DNA from: Opitutales bacterium
GTDB taxonomy: Bacteria; Verrucomicrobiota; Verrucomicrobiia; Opitutales; JABSRG01
Reading direction: 5' to 3'
DNA: 64,000 bases
Assembly: GCA_049599475.1 (NCBI GenBank)
Contig: JBMYOQ010000012.1
Span: 1 to 64,000 of the forward strand
A program made the position numbers and the translations under genes. A model generated the notes under the pieces. It saw only the letters and a program-made list of their open reading frames with translations, ran no database searches and had not been told where the DNA came from. Positions 48,681 to 60,028 of the stretch are shown in pieces. How positions within the stretch are numbered: the first letter of the stretch is position 1; the number at the start of each line of letters is the position of its first letter.

Positions 48681-49691
48681 ATGGCATTTGCAGTTTTGGG
48701 AGCAGGAGCGTGGGGCACCGCGGTGGCGGTGCATTTCGCGCGCGGGGGGCATTCGACCTTTCTGGTGCCTCGAAGGCAGGAACATGCGGATGCACTGAGC
48801 GCGCAACGTGAGAATGTGGACTACATGCCTGGCGTAAAATTTCCTGAGAAGCTGGAGATAAATACTGACCTTGAGCATGTTTTGCGAGCTGCTGATACTA
48901 TCTTCCTTGGCTGCCCGTCGGTGGGATTGCGCGATCTCTGTGACCGGATAACGGCGACCGGTGCTCTTCAAAAGGGTGCAGACGGGCACCTGGTGATCTC
49001 CCTCGCAAAAGGTCTTGAAAAATCATCGCTCGAAATTCCCTCACGAGTGATGGAGTCGGCCTTGGACGGGGTCCTGGTGGGAGCTTTCTCAGGCCCAAGT
49101 TTTGCCAAGGAAATCTCCTTTGGAAAGCCTGCCGCACTCGTCCTGTCGGCACCAGATGCGAGCAAGGATCGGCTGCAAAAGACCCAGGAGGCTTTGAGTG
49201 ATGGGCATATGCGGGTGTATTTGAGTGATGATTTAATCGGAGTCGAGCTGGGGGGATGTTTGAAAAATATCTATGCCATCGCCGCTGGGATTATGGCCTC
49301 TATGGAACTGGGCAGTAATGCTAGCGCGGCTTTTCTCACGCGATCTCTGCACGAGATGGTGGTCCTTGCCACGAGTCTGGGCGCGGACCCGCGGACAATG
49401 TATGGTCTCTCCGGATTCGGTGATTTGAATGCTACGTGTTCCGACGATCAAAGCCGAAACCGCTCATTTGGGCGACGTATTGGCCAAGGTGAAAGCGCGG
49501 AAGCGATTCTGACGAGCCAGCGTTCAGTGGTAGAAGGCTATTGGGCCTGTGAGTGTTTTTATCGTCTATGTAAGAGCAAGGGCCTGGAAGCCCCCATCCT
49601 CTCGGAGATTTACGCAGTTCTCTACGAGGGTAAATCTGCCCAGAAGGCTTTGATGGACCTGATGATGCGCTCGCTTAAGGAAGAGCACTGA
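48681..49691 (+). CDS. gpsA: NAD(P)H-dependent glycerol-3-phosphate dehydrogenase
   Basis: GAGAWGTA, AKGLE, SGPSFA, GVELGG.LKN, G.GDL..TC....SRN, VEG. Confidence 0.96.
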   Translation: MAFAVLGAGAWGTAVAVHFARGGHSTFLVPRRQEHADALSAQRENVDYMPGVKFPEKLEINTDLEHVLRAADTIFLGCPSVGLRDLCDRITATGALQKGADGHLVISLAKGLEKSSLEIPSRVMESALDGVLVGAFSGPSFAKEISFGKPAALVLSAPDASKDRLQKTQEALSDGHMRVYLSDDLIGVELGGCLKNIYAIAAGIMASMELGSNASAAFLTRSLHEMVVLATSLGADPRTMYGLSGFGDLNATCSDDQSRNRSFGRRIGQGESAEAILTSQRSVVEGYWACECFYRLCKSKGLEAPILSEIYAVLYEGKSAQKALMDLMMRSLKEEH

Positions 49692-49724
49692 GCGCACATT
49701 GCGTTTAAATTGGATCCAGAAATT

Positions 49725-50189
49725 TTACCAAGAAGGGAAGTCGATGCCTTTGAAGACGCCTCCAATTGCGTCTCCTATAGCGCCGCAAACATCCCCGATA
49801 ATTGACGAGTCCCAGATTACAAAGTCTGCCACCTCAAGGGCTGTATCGGTCGCAGTAGACGCATTGTCGATGTGGTCGATTGCACTGCTCCGCTGTTTTC
49901 CAGAAATCCTTTGATACTCGCCAGCATCGAACCAAATGTATCCAGAGCTTTGGCATAGGTCGATGGTGACTCCCTTTACCTTGATGGGGATCATTGCCTT
50001 CCCATCGTAGGGGGATGCCAAGTATTCTGGAGCGTTAAGTTGCGCCGATTTATTTTTCTCGAGAAGTGGATCTATCTGAGCTTTTAGCGAAGCACATTTG
50101 AGGAATATACCCCCGCACTCGTGGCAGATAAGTCTATCTGAGTTGCCCTCATGTGCACTGAGTTCTGAATGGTCTCTTGGACATTTCAT
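49725..50189 (-). CDS. zf-TFIIB-type zinc-ribbon protein (two ribbons, second degenerate)
   Basis: CPRD...CHECGGIF; SPYD..M...IDLCQSSGYIWFDAGE. Confidence 0.7.
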   Translation of the reverse strand: MKCPRDHSELSAHEGNSDRLICHECGGIFLKCASLKAQIDPLLEKNKSAQLNAPEYLASPYDGKAMIPIKVKGVTIDLCQSSGYIWFDAGEYQRISGKQRSSAIDHIDNASTATDTALEVADFVIWDSSIIGDVCGAIGDAIGGVFKGIDFPSW

Positions 50190-50231
50190 ATTCGCTGAAG
50201 CGCCATTGAGCCGGCGATTTGTGTTCGCCGA

Positions 50232-51434
50232 TCAGAGCTTCTTGGCAGCTTTCCTGAAAGCCTTTTCAATAATCAGCTTATCCTCCTCAGTGTGCCTCGC
50301 AGAAATAGAGGTCCGGATCAAATCTTTGCCAGGAGGCACCGCCGGTGCGACTGTCAGGAGCGCGAAGACTCCATTCTCGAACAGCGCGCGTTCGAAGAAG
50401 TAGGCTCGTTCCTTGTTGCCGATGACGACGGGGATGGCCGGTGAAACGCTGCCCCAAGTATCGAGGCCCAGATCTTCAAGAAGCCCGCGATACCAGCGGG
50501 TGTTCTCCCAAAGACGCTCAAGGGGTTCGGGATCTGTTTTAAGGATTTCGAGAGAAGCCAAGGCTACCGCAGCATGAACGGGGCTGAGTGCAGCACTGAA
50601 AAGGGTCTGCTTTGAATGCGTACGAAGGTACTCAATTGCAGCTGTGGAGCCCGCGACAAATCCTCCTATGCTCGATAGGGATTTTGAAAAGCTGCCACAG
50701 AGAATGTCGACATCTTCTTCCGCGCCAAAATGGTGTGCTGTTCCGCGTCCGCCTGGGCCCATGACTCCGAATCCGTGGGCATCGTCGAGGATTGAGAAAA
50801 TTTGGTGCTTCTTTGCTATCTCGGTGAATTTATCCACCGGAGCACGGTGGCCTTCCATAGAATACACACCTTCATAGACTAAGAATTTCGCTGTCTCCGG
50901 TTTCTCGTAAGAGATTGTCTCTTCGAGATCCGATGGGTTGTTATGCGCGAATTTTTCGTATCGTGCGCCCGATAGCATGATTCCGCTCCATAGGGAGGAA
51001 TGCACGTTCTTATCGACAAAGATTACATCGCCTCGATTGGCAAAGGGCTGAATCGCCGAAGTGCAAGACAGGTATCCTGCGGAATGAACGTGGCAGGCTT
51101 CTTTTCCAAGAAAATCGGCAAGGGAGCTCTCCAGCTCTTCGTGGTAAGCCCGGCTTCCATTGCATACGCGAGCACCCGTGGTGCTGCTTCCCCACTTGTC
51201 TAGGGCTGCTTTTCCCGCCTCAATGACCTTGGGATGGTAGCTAAGGCCGAGGTAGTCATTGCTCGCGAGCATGACAAGCTCCTTGCCTTTGTTATAAACA
51301 CGAGAGCCATTCTGTTCCTCAAAAACGCGATAGTAGGGCTCGTATTTGAGCCTGAGCTTGGTCATCTGATCGGATTGGATCCGTTTATAGACCGGGTTCT
51401 TTTCTGATTTGAGGAAGGAAGGAAGCAAGGACAT
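50232..51434 (-). CDS. PLP-dependent alpha-oxoamine synthase (serine palmitoyltransferase-like)
   Basis: SNDYLGL, G.R..NG...H, HSSL, F.HN, EGVYSMEG, DDAHG.G, GSFSKSL...GG. Confidence 0.8.
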   Translation of the reverse strand: MSLLPSFLKSEKNPVYKRIQSDQMTKLRLKYEPYYRVFEEQNGSRVYNKGKELVMLASNDYLGLSYHPKVIEAGKAALDKWGSSTTGARVCNGSRAYHEELESSLADFLGKEACHVHSAGYLSCTSAIQPFANRGDVIFVDKNVHSSLWSGIMLSGARYEKFAHNNPSDLEETISYEKPETAKFLVYEGVYSMEGHRAPVDKFTEIAKKHQIFSILDDAHGFGVMGPGGRGTAHHFGAEEDVDILCGSFSKSLSSIGGFVAGSTAAIEYLRTHSKQTLFSAALSPVHAAVALASLEILKTDPEPLERLWENTRWYRGLLEDLGLDTWGSVSPAIPVVIGNKERAYFFERALFENGVFALLTVAPAVPPGKDLIRTSISARHTEEDKLIIEKAFRKAAKKL

Positions 51435-51485
51435 AGACCTATCGGTTTAATGCTCTGTGAGATATCGCAATGAGTACAATCGGAG

Positions 51486-52343
51486 TCAGTTGCGTATCAT
51501 GCAAAGTCTAAAAAGCGCAATTGCGAGTTTGCTTGGAGAAAATTTCCACCAATGGCGCGCGTAACGGTGTAAATATTCCGTGGCCCAAATTTTTTGTCCG
51601 ATAGTTTTTCCATGATCTTTCCAGCGACCCATGAGGATGGATAGATTATGTTCGTTAAAATCGTGCCTGCCGGGCGAGCTGCTAACCTTGTGATAGATCA
51701 CGCTTTGGTTGCAAACTACATTCAGGTAGCCTGCTTTCCTTAGTTTCATGCAGAGATCGATGTCTTCGGCGCCGTTGCGATACGCATTGTCAAATCCCCC
51801 AAGCTTAAGAAAAAGGTCTTTGCGAATTCCCATGCAAGCCGCGGTAACGGCGGGCCATTCATGTATGGCGATGTCAGAGGTGCGGCGACGGTTTTTTCGA
51901 GCGTGGAAAGGGACACCTTTGAGATCGAATGCGACCCCAGCATGGTCCATCAATTTACTCTGCGGATTGATTTGAATATTACCCACTGCACCAAACTTTT
52001 CGGATTCTAGGGCATTCGCCATAGGTTCGAACCACCCAGGCAGGAGCGTCAGGTCATTGTTGAGTAAAAACAAGTATTCTCCCTGAGCCGCGCGGGCTCC
52101 CTTATTATTACTTTCTCCGAACCCTTGGTTTGTTTCGTTGCGGATGAAATTGATGGGCAGACTTTCAAATTCGCTTACTAAATCTTGGATGGGCTCGGTG
52201 CTGCAGTCGTCGATGAGGATAATTTCGAACTGATCTTTGCTGAGGCAGACTGTTTGTTGGAAGCTGATCAGGTAAGCACGCGTGAGATCCAGGCAGTTAA
52301 ATGCTGCTGTTATAAACGAATATTGAATGTTGGACTGCTTCAA
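51486..52343 (-). CDS. GT2 family glycosyltransferase
   Basis: IDDCST, N.GF...NN.GA, LLNND, AVTAAC, GGFD..Y.NG.ED.DLC. Confidence 0.93.
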   Translation of the reverse strand: MKQSNIQYSFITAAFNCLDLTRAYLISFQQTVCLSKDQFEIILIDDCSTEPIQDLVSEFESLPINFIRNETNQGFGESNNKGARAAQGEYLFLLNNDLTLLPGWFEPMANALESEKFGAVGNIQINPQSKLMDHAGVAFDLKGVPFHARKNRRRTSDIAIHEWPAVTAACMGIRKDLFLKLGGFDNAYRNGAEDIDLCMKLRKAGYLNVVCNQSVIYHKVSSSPGRHDFNEHNLSILMGRWKDHGKTIGQKIWATEYLHRYARHWWKFSPSKLAIALFRLCMIRN

Positions 52344-52453
52344 AACTAATCTGAGATTAACAGGTGCTCGGGAATGACATTTGCAGGCAGAGGGAAGTAT
52401 GCCAACATTCTCGTGCTTCTTAGCAACTGTAAGATAGATATTATTATTTAATC

Positions 52454-53761
52454 ATGCGTATTCAGCATTGGACGATTGAGGACTGGCAAGGCTTATTCTA
52501 TGCGGATTTCGAAGAATGGGTGCGCGTGTATGCGGAGCGGCTCGAGGGATTGCCCAGCGGTCCGCGCAAGTCTGGACTGAGTTGGGAGAGCGATCCGGTA
52601 AGCTTAGCACCGCGCATTCGCTCAAACGCTGAAGGGAATCATCGTCACCCGTTGGCAGGGGTACCCTATGCTCTGAAAGACCTCTTTGACTATGCAGGTA
52701 GTCCGACGACCTGTGGGAGTCGGTTTTATTCGCAAATTTCGGGTAAAGTGGATGCTCACTCAGAGCTCGTCGAGCAGCTCGAAACAGCAGGTGGGGTTTG
52801 TGTTGCCAAGACCACCATGAATGAATTCGCGTATGGCCTGTCTGGAGAGAACATCACCTTCGGAAATTGTATGCATCCGCGGTTTCCGAAATTTCTGAGC
52901 GGGGGATCCAGTAGTGGTTCGGCTTGGGCCGTGGGTGCCGGACTTGTACCTTTGGGAATCGGAACGGATACCGGTGGCTCGATTCGAGTTCCGAGTGCGT
53001 GGTGTGGCTTGTATGGCTTACGAATGATACCCGGGCTTTGGATGGGGCGTGGGGCATTCCCCTTAGCGCCTTCCTTTGATACTGCAGGTTGGATGACTGC
53101 GAATTCTGCGGATATGGAGCGCGTATGTGCTGGGTTATTGACCTCATCTGCAGAGAAAAATGATCCAGAAGGCACACCCTCTCGTGGTCTTTGGATAGAT
53201 GGAATGAGTGGACCTATCCATCCTGATCTTGAGTGTCTTTACGCGCAGGCGGCCTTGAAGGCTAATTGCGTAGACGATCCAGATCCTATTTTTAAGTTTC
53301 GTGAAATCTGTGAAGGCTCCTCGAAGTCATTCTCCATCTTGCAGAGCACTGAGGCTGCTGGAGTGCATCGAGCATGGCTCGACGATTATCAGGTGGCTTA
53401 TGATTCCAAAGTATGGGGGCTAATTGACCGTGGGCGTCGCTGGACTGATACTCAACGCGAGAATGCGGAGCAACAGCAGCGAGACATCATGGATAGTTTC
53501 GAAGCGCTATTTTCGGAATATGATTACATTGCTCTGCCTGCGGTTCATCAGTTTGCACCTTATCCATCCGAACTGACTCCAGAGCTGCGAGATGGCTTGC
53601 TAGAATTAACAAGTCCCGCATCTCTGGCAGGCCTACCCGCGTTGACCATTCCCGTGTTTGATGAGCGGCGATTGAGTGGGGGTATCCAGGTGATTTTGCC
53701 GGATCTGTCTATTGAAAGAATTCGACGTGTGCTAGACGCTTGGCGGCTTTCCGATGATTGA
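52454..53761 (+). CDS. Amidase-signature family hydrolase
   Basis: KDLFD, GGSSSGSA, GTDTGGSIRVP (Lys-cisSer-Ser triad). Confidence 0.93.
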   Translation: MRIQHWTIEDWQGLFYADFEEWVRVYAERLEGLPSGPRKSGLSWESDPVSLAPRIRSNAEGNHRHPLAGVPYALKDLFDYAGSPTTCGSRFYSQISGKVDAHSELVEQLETAGGVCVAKTTMNEFAYGLSGENITFGNCMHPRFPKFLSGGSSSGSAWAVGAGLVPLGIGTDTGGSIRVPSAWCGLYGLRMIPGLWMGRGAFPLAPSFDTAGWMTANSADMERVCAGLLTSSAEKNDPEGTPSRGLWIDGMSGPIHPDLECLYAQAALKANCVDDPDPIFKFREICEGSSKSFSILQSTEAAGVHRAWLDDYQVAYDSKVWGLIDRGRRWTDTQRENAEQQQRDIMDSFEALFSEYDYIALPAVHQFAPYPSELTPELRDGLLELTSPASLAGLPALTIPVFDERRLSGGIQVILPDLSIERIRRVLDAWRLSDD

Positions 53762-53811
53762 ACTTCGCTTATGGTCTTGAGTTTGTCTTCAGGATATTGT
53801 CATTCGGTGGT

Positions 53812-54717
53812 GTGAGTCAGTCTTCTACTTTGATAATTCTCGCGGCGGGCATGGGTAGCCGATTTGGTGGTCCAAAGCAAATAGCCGGAGTCGGCCCTTC
53901 GGGTGAGACCCTTTTGGAATATGGGTTGTTCGATGCCGCCTCGGCGGGTTTTACGAAGTTTGTTTTCGTGATTCGAGAGGCCATTCAGGAGGATTTTGAG
54001 CAGAGCGTGCTCGCGCGATTCAATCACAAGCTGAACTGTTCTTATATCTTGCAATCAATTGATGATCTCCCGAATGGGGTGGACTCGGAGATCGCGAATA
54101 GCAGGGAAAAGCCCTGGGGCACCGCTCACGCTTTTTGGACAGCTCGTACCGAAGTTGAAGGTCCTTGTGCAGTAATTAATGCGGACGATTTTTATGGCAG
54201 CCGAAGCTTCAGAATCATGAAAGAAGCTCTCGATAGCGGTGCTGGATCCTGCTTGGTTCCATTCCGGCTAGACCAAACCTTGTCTCCTCGTGGAGGCGTA
54301 TCACGCGGGGTGTGCCATATGAATGGAGATGGAGACCTGGTCGCGATTCAAGAGTGCCGCGATCTGGTATTAGAAGAAACGGGAACTGTATTGGGAAAGG
54401 ATAACACGAGCCTCGAACCAGTTTCACTCTCGAGAGAGACTCCGGTGTCTATGAATTTAATGGGCTTTTCTGCCGAAATTTGGCCATTTTTGGATGCAAA
54501 TATTAGTTCGTTTTTTAGGGAGCATTTGGGCGATGGCAGCGGCGAATACGGTTTGCCTGATCTATTAACTGCTTGGATGCGGGACGGCAAAACAGCGGTT
54601 CGTCCATCACCGGAGACCTGGTTGGGGATTACGCATTCCTCTGATTTGGAAGCCGTCCAAAGTGAAATTAAGAACCGAATACAGAATGGGGATTACCCCG
54701 AAACGCTCTGGGCCTAG
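53812..54717 (+). CDS. NDP-sugar nucleotidyltransferase family protein
   Basis: ILAAGMGSRFGG.KQ, REKPWGTAHA, INADDFYG, VSRGVC, VSMN..GF, W.G.T. GTG start at 53812. Confidence 0.9.
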   Translation: MSQSSTLIILAAGMGSRFGGPKQIAGVGPSGETLLEYGLFDAASAGFTKFVFVIREAIQEDFEQSVLARFNHKLNCSYILQSIDDLPNGVDSEIANSREKPWGTAHAFWTARTEVEGPCAVINADDFYGSRSFRIMKEALDSGAGSCLVPFRLDQTLSPRGGVSRGVCHMNGDGDLVAIQECRDLVLEETGTVLGKDNTSLEPVSLSRETPVSMNLMGFSAEIWPFLDANISSFFREHLGDGSGEYGLPDLLTAWMRDGKTAVRPSPETWLGITHSSDLEAVQSEIKNRIQNGDYPETLWA

Positions 54718-54729
54718 TGTTAGTTTAAC

Positions 54730-57700
54730 ATGAGTTGGAAGATTTTTGCGGATACGGGCGGAACGTTCACGGATTGCCTCGGCCAAGATACATCGGGAGC
54801 CTGGCATACGTGTAAGGTGCTTTCGGATGGGACACTGCGTGCCCGGGTGAAGCGCGTTGATTCGAACTCAGGTGCAGTCGAATTGGAGAGTAAGCGTGAG
54901 TATGTGTCCGAGTTTTTTCGAGGCTACCGAGCCGTGTGGTCAAGTGCCTCCGGAGAAACACAAGACTATCGGATAATCGCTTCGGAGAATGCTGTGCTAA
55001 GCTTGGATGCCAAAGAGGGTCTTCCTTCTGGGGGAGACATGCTTCTTATTACAGCTGATGAGGAAGCTCCGGTTCTCGGAGCCCGTGTGCTCACGCAGAC
55101 ACCATTGAGTGACCCCTTGGATGTTTCTGTTTTTAATTTGGCGACCACCCGCGGAACGAACGCGCTCCTAGAAGAGAAGGGTGCCCGCGTCCTCCTTTTC
55201 ACTGCCGAGGGATTTGAAGACCTCTTAGACATCGATGACCAGCGCCGGTCGGACATTTTCGCGTTGCAGCTCGACGAGCGCAGTGTGCTGGCGCACACTG
55301 TCGTGGGTTTGCCCCTACGCCGTAGAGCGGATGGTTCCGTAGAACAAACGTGTAGTGATGAAATCCTGGAACGACGGGTAATCGAGGCGATAGAAAAATA
55401 TGCGGCAGATGCCGTAGCCGTGTGCTTGCCGCATAGTTTTCGCTTTCCTGAGGATGAGGAACGTATCGGAAACATACTCAAGAAGTGCGATGTGTCCTAC
55501 TGGGTCTTATCGACTGAACTCTCGCGCCTGGGGAAATATTTACCCAGGACTCAGACAACTGTCGTCGACGCCTATTTGGGTCCGATTATGGAGGATTATT
55601 TGGGTCGAGTCATGGCTCCGCTGTCGAACACTCAATTGCGGGTAATGACGAGTGCCGGAGGGCTGCTTTCACGTTCCGATTATCGGGCTAAAGATGGCTT
55701 GTTGAGCGGTCCTGCTGGAGGTATCACAGGAGTGGAAGCTGTTGCCAAAAGAGCTGGGTTTGACCGGGTGCTTGCCTTCGATATGGGAGGCACCAGCACC
55801 GATGTATCACGAGTTGATGGAGAGCTAGAATTGCGGAATCAACATCAGGTTGGAGCGGCGCGCATTCAAGCTGCGGCCCTACGCATAGAGACCGTCGCAG
55901 CAGGCGGTGGCTCAATATGTGGAGTGCGAAATGGGCAATTTTATGTAGGGCCCGAGAGTGCAGGAGCCTATCCTGGACCGGCTTGTTATGGTGCTGGTGG
56001 GCCCCTGACGGTGACTGATGTAAATTTGCTTTTGGGGCTATTGAAGCCGGAGCATTTTCAAGTGCCGATCGACATTGCAGCAGCTCAGGCAGCTTTGGAT
56101 GTATGGATGGATGCGCTACGCCGTGATCGACCAGATGAGTCCTTGGAGCGTGAGACGGTGCTGCGGGCTTTTCGAGATATAGCGAATGAGCGCATGGCAG
56201 ATGCCTTACGCTTGATCTCGATAAAAGAAGGATTTGACCCCGCGGAATTTACGATGGTCGCCTTCGGCGGCGCAGGCGGACAGCATGCTTGTTCACTAGC
56301 GCGACTGGCGGGAATGCGTCGTGTATTGATACCTGGCTATGCGGGCATACTTTCGGCATATGGATTGTCTCAGGCTAAAGATGCGCTCGTCCGCATGCAT
56401 CGAATCCAGAAGCCCTTGAGCGATGCCAGTCGTTTATCCGATCTTCTCGATGGATTGCTGGATGAGGTAAACGCTATCGCAGAGCAAAAGCTTGGGCGCT
56501 ACAGCTCGTGGATTGACTTAGAGGTGCGATTTGTCGGGCAGGAGACTGCATTGGATCTGCGGTGGGAGAACGATATCGATGCGCTCTCCGAACAATTTAT
56601 CGCGCGTTACCAAACACTTTTTGGCTATGAGCCTCAGGGGCGAAACATAGAGGTCGTCAATGCTCGTTGCCGCGCACAAGCTATCACAGGCTCAAGTTCA
56701 TCGGAGCAATTCTGTGTTGTTCGCGAAGCTGATACGGCGTTGGAAGTAATTCCTGACCCTTACACGACGATGGTTGTCGAACCTGGCTGGCGCGTTATGC
56801 GAGGAAGCGAAGGGTCGACGTTGCTGGAATATGTGGGTGAATCGAAGCCTGAGAGCCAAGACTCCGCAGCCTCGGAATTATTACGAGAAACTTTGATTCA
56901 GAATCGGGTACAGGGGCTTGTTGTGGAGATGGGAGAGCAGCTTGAGCGAACTGCGGTCTCTACAAATGTGAAAGAACGTCTCGACTTTTCTTGTGCTTTA
57001 ACAGACGCCGATGGGACTTTGCTGTTCAATGCGCCCCATATTCCCGTGCATCTGGGTGCTTTGGGGGTCTGTGTCAGGCGTGTGCTGGATGAATTGGATT
57101 TAGGAGAGGGTGATGTTGCGATTACGAATCATCCTGGTTTTGGAGGTTCGCATTTGCCCGACATTTCTCTGTTGGCACCTATCTATGTGAATGGGCGTCG
57201 CATAGGTTTCGCGGTAAATCGAGCCCATCATGCGGAAGTCGGCGGTATTTCACCAGGATCGATGAGTCCCTTTGCGCGCAATCTGGAAGAGGAAGGTGTC
57301 GTGATTTATCCACGTTATCTGATTCGTGAAGGTCACGATTGTTTTAATGAAATGGAATCTCTTCTCAAGGGTGCTGCGTTTCCCAGTAGGCGTGTGGACG
57401 AAAATCTCGCTGATTTGCGAGCCCAGTTAGCGGCGCTGAGATCGGGAATTTCAGGCCTTCAGAAGATCGTGAACACTTTCGGGATTGAAGCATATTTAGC
57501 CTACATACAGAACGCGCTAGCACACTCAGGTAAAGCGCTCAGAGAGCGTCTGGAAACGCTCGAAAATAGGAGCATGGAAGGCGTTTCGTACCTGGATGAT
57601 GGTGACTGCGTTCGTGTCCGCCTCGAGGTCGATGATAGTCGGCTGAAAATTGATTTTACTGGGACTTCGAGTGTGCGTGGAGATAGTTTGAATGCTAATG

Positions 57701-58407
57701 AAGCGATCACGCGCAGTGCGATCCTTTATGTGCTCAGGCTATGGCTTGGAGATTCGGTACAGATGAATGAAGGCGTCCTTCAATTTGTAGATATTTCCTT
57801 ACCCGAAAGTTTAGTCTCACCGGTTTTTCAGAGAGACCCTAAGGCGTGTCCGGGAGTTGTCGGAGGAAATGTAGAAATCAGTCAGCGCATCGTGGATGCC
57901 TTGATTCAAGCCCTCGGATTGCAGGCGGGTTCTCAGGCAACCATGAATAATCTGATTTTTGGAGATTCCCAGCGAAGCTACTACGAGACCATCTGCGGTG
58001 GGGCAGGAGCCGGGGCCACGTATGCAGGCGCTTCCGCTGTGCACACGCATATGACAAATACGGCTATTACGGATCTTGAGATCCTCGAAGAGCGCTATCC
58101 AGTTGTATTGGAAAAATTTACAATTCGAAAAAACTCAGGAGGGCAGGGTGTTCATCTTGGCGGAGATGGTATCGAACGCAGAATTCGATTTTTGGAGCCG
58201 ATGACAGTTTCTATGTTGGCACTCAGTCGAACCGAGGGGGGACGCGGATGTGCCGGAGGTCGCTCAGGAGTGCCCGGACATCAATTTAAAGTGAGTAGGA
58301 GTGAAACGATTTCTCTGAAAGGCTTATTCAGTGAAAATTTCGAAGCCAGTGACACGTTGGAAATTCAAACTCCTGGTGGTGGAGGCTACGGCGTATCCGA
58401 AAAGTAA
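54730..58407 (+). CDS. Fused hydantoinase A/B / 5-oxoprolinase (ATP-hydrolysing)
   Basis: [71 protein letters not shown]. Confidence 0.95.
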   Translation: MSWKIFADTGGTFTDCLGQDTSGAWHTCKVLSDGTLRARVKRVDSNSGAVELESKREYVSEFFRGYRAVWSSASGETQDYRIIASENAVLSLDAKEGLPSGGDMLLITADEEAPVLGARVLTQTPLSDPLDVSVFNLATTRGTNALLEEKGARVLLFTAEGFEDLLDIDDQRRSDIFALQLDERSVLAHTVVGLPLRRRADGSVEQTCSDEILERRVIEAIEKYAADAVAVCLPHSFRFPEDEERIGNILKKCDVSYWVLSTELSRLGKYLPRTQTTVVDAYLGPIMEDYLGRVMAPLSNTQLRVMTSAGGLLSRSDYRAKDGLLSGPAGGITGVEAVAKRAGFDRVLAFDMGGTSTDVSRVDGELELRNQHQVGAARIQAAALRIETVAAGGGSICGVRNGQFYVGPESAGAYPGPACYGAGGPLTVTDVNLLLGLLKPEHFQVPIDIAAAQAALDVWMDALRRDRPDESLERETVLRAFRDIANERMADALRLISIKEGFDPAEFTMVAFGGAGGQHACSLARLAGMRRVLIPGYAGILSAYGLSQAKDALVRMHRIQKPLSDASRLSDLLDGLLDEVNAIAEQKLGRYSSWIDLEVRFVGQETALDLRWENDIDALSEQFIARYQTLFGYEPQGRNIEVVNARCRAQAITGSSSSEQFCVVREADTALEVIPDPYTTMVVEPGWRVMRGSEGSTLLEYVGESKPESQDSAASELLRETLIQNRVQGLVVEMGEQLERTAVSTNVKERLDFSCALTDADGTLLFNAPHIPVHLGALGVCVRRVLDELDLGEGDVAITNHPGFGGSHLPDISLLAPIYVNGRRIGFAVNRAHHAEVGGISPGSMSPFARNLEEEGVVIYPRYLIREGHDCFNEMESLLKGAAFPSRRVDENLADLRAQLAALRSGISGLQKIVNTFGIEAYLAYIQNALAHSGKALRERLETLENRSMEGVSYLDDGDCVRVRLEVDDSRLKIDFTGTSSVRGDSLNANEAITRSAILYVLRLWLGDSVQMNEGVLQFVDISLPESLVSPVFQRDPKACPGVVGGNVEISQRIVDALIQALGLQAGSQATMNNLIFGDSQRSYYETICGGAGAGATYAGASAVHTHMTNTAITDLEILEERYPVVLEKFTIRKNSGGQGVHLGGDGIERRIRFLEPMTVSMLALSRTEGGRGCAGGRSGVPGHQFKVSRSETISLKGLFSENFEASDTLEIQTPGGGGYGVSEK

Positions 58408-59856
58408 TTACTGACTCACCGGAGTTGTCGGCGGGATCAGAGGGTCCTGGGTGAGGGTCTGTGTTGTAGGAGGTGCCGCTGGGTCTTGGGGGGATCCCGG
58501 TTCGGTAGCTGGGGATCCGGTTGCTACATCACCTCCCGCCGCTGGTGCCAGTTCATCGAGCTCGAAGCCTCTTTCTACGTAGGCCTCTTCCATGGGCATT
58601 GGGCCAAAGACACTCAGCTCATAAATACGCATGGTTACTTCGCTGCTGCCTTGTGCAGAGTCGGAAGGAATCCAGCGAAGCAATACATAACGTGAGGTTT
58701 GATTGTCGACGGGTATGCTGACTCGCTCTTGCCCTGCCTCGATTTCTTCGACGTAACGCGCATCTAGGCCGTCAAAAAATCCCTCGTCCAAAGTGATTTC
58801 TCGCATCTGGGTATCCGAGTTTTGAGCAATTTCTACCAATCGAGTTGATTGGGCGAGCAGGAGTGGACGACCGAGCGCATCGACAAAGTATTCTTTCACA
58901 AAGACAGTTCCGTCTCTTTCACTTGGTGAGAAGAAGGCAGTGCCCTCCTCGACTTCTTCACCGGGCAGGCGTTCAAGGAAGTAAAATTCGACTCTTCCTG
59001 ACTGAGCTTCAAAGAGCAGGGAGACCTTATTGATAAAAGTGGATTCATTGAGATCGATGATCATAGCGCTCGGCCGCTCGGAAGGCTCCAAGTCGTAGTA
59101 GGTGCGGAAGTCGTCATCGATGACGTTTTCCACTTCCTCCTTGGTGGCATCTTCGGAAGAGAACGGGATGGACGAGCCAGAATAAGTTGTCGCAAAGTCG
59201 TAATTGTAGGCGTCTTCGACTTGTTCGGTCTTCTGGGAAAAACTTTGATTTTCGATGCGCGTAGGCAGGCGTGTCTCGGCCACATTTAATTCTCCAACGA
59301 ATCCCAAATTACCGAAATCCCCTGTTTCAGAAACATCGTATACAATGGCGATGTATTGAACTTCTGAAGGCGTGAAGCGAATTTCTAGAAATTCGTTTGC
59401 GTGGATTTTCTGTTTCCGGCCTAGAGGTTTCCATTTCTTTGAACGGATGCCTTGCACGGATTCGGATCCGAGTAGTTGAATTTTTGCGACGCCCCCGAAG
59501 CTTTTGGTGAAAAAACGATCTACCAGCTCCGGTCCTTGAAAATTAACGATATATACTTGGCGTCCCTCCTCCAGAAATACGGATTCGGTTTCGTCATCGC
59601 TCAGAAAACTACCAAAGTTTTGCTTCGGGCCGGAAGGGAGCGCCCATTCCGCGCCGATCTCTTGGCCTTTCTCACTGGTCTCGATGAGGGTCGTGCCCAT
59701 GTGCCAGCGTGCTAGATTTTTTGGAAGTTCGCGTTTCCGGTCAATCGTTACCTCGGGCCTTTCACGCAGTACCGTCGACTGAATATCCTGCTCAGCGAAC
59801 AGAGGACTGAGGATTAAGCTTGTAAGGAAAAAAACATTTAGCTGTTTAGCCATCAT
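58408..59856 (-). CDS. Secreted acidic protein with two discoidin/galactose-binding-like beta-sandwich regions and a Pro/Thr-rich tail
   Basis: Signal peptide; repeated (F/V)xxDD..T......IIDL......I..V pattern; RYVLLRW...IYELSVFG. Confidence 0.6.
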   Translation of the reverse strand: MMAKQLNVFFLTSLILSPLFAEQDIQSTVLRERPEVTIDRKRELPKNLARWHMGTTLIETSEKGQEIGAEWALPSGPKQNFGSFLSDDETESVFLEEGRQVYIVNFQGPELVDRFFTKSFGGVAKIQLLGSESVQGIRSKKWKPLGRKQKIHANEFLEIRFTPSEVQYIAIVYDVSETGDFGNLGFVGELNVAETRLPTRIENQSFSQKTEQVEDAYNYDFATTYSGSSIPFSSEDATKEEVENVIDDDFRTYYDLEPSERPSAMIIDLNESTFINKVSLLFEAQSGRVEFYFLERLPGEEVEEGTAFFSPSERDGTVFVKEYFVDALGRPLLLAQSTRLVEIAQNSDTQMREITLDEGFFDGLDARYVEEIEAGQERVSIPVDNQTSRYVLLRWIPSDSAQGSSEVTMRIYELSVFGPMPMEEAYVERGFELDELAPAAGGDVATGSPATEPGSPQDPAAPPTTQTLTQDPLIPPTTPVSQ

Positions 59857-60013
59857 AGAAAAACCGATAATTAGTAATTCTTTATCGCAGAATTCTTACC
59901 ACCTGAGAAAAAATTAGAATAAGTACACTTTTAGAACCTTAGTATAGCGGCATAAATGCACTTTTGTTTACCAATAAACGCGATTTCACACGGTATTGCA
60001 AGGATTCCGTGTT

Positions 60014-60028
60014 TGGCACGGCTTTTGC
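60014..60028 (+). promoter_or_regulatory. Sigma-54 promoter of the polysaccharide export operon
   Basis: TGGCACGGCTTTTGC is a consensus match (TGGCAC-N5-TTGC); RBS GGGGAG precedes ATG 60075. Confidence 0.85.
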
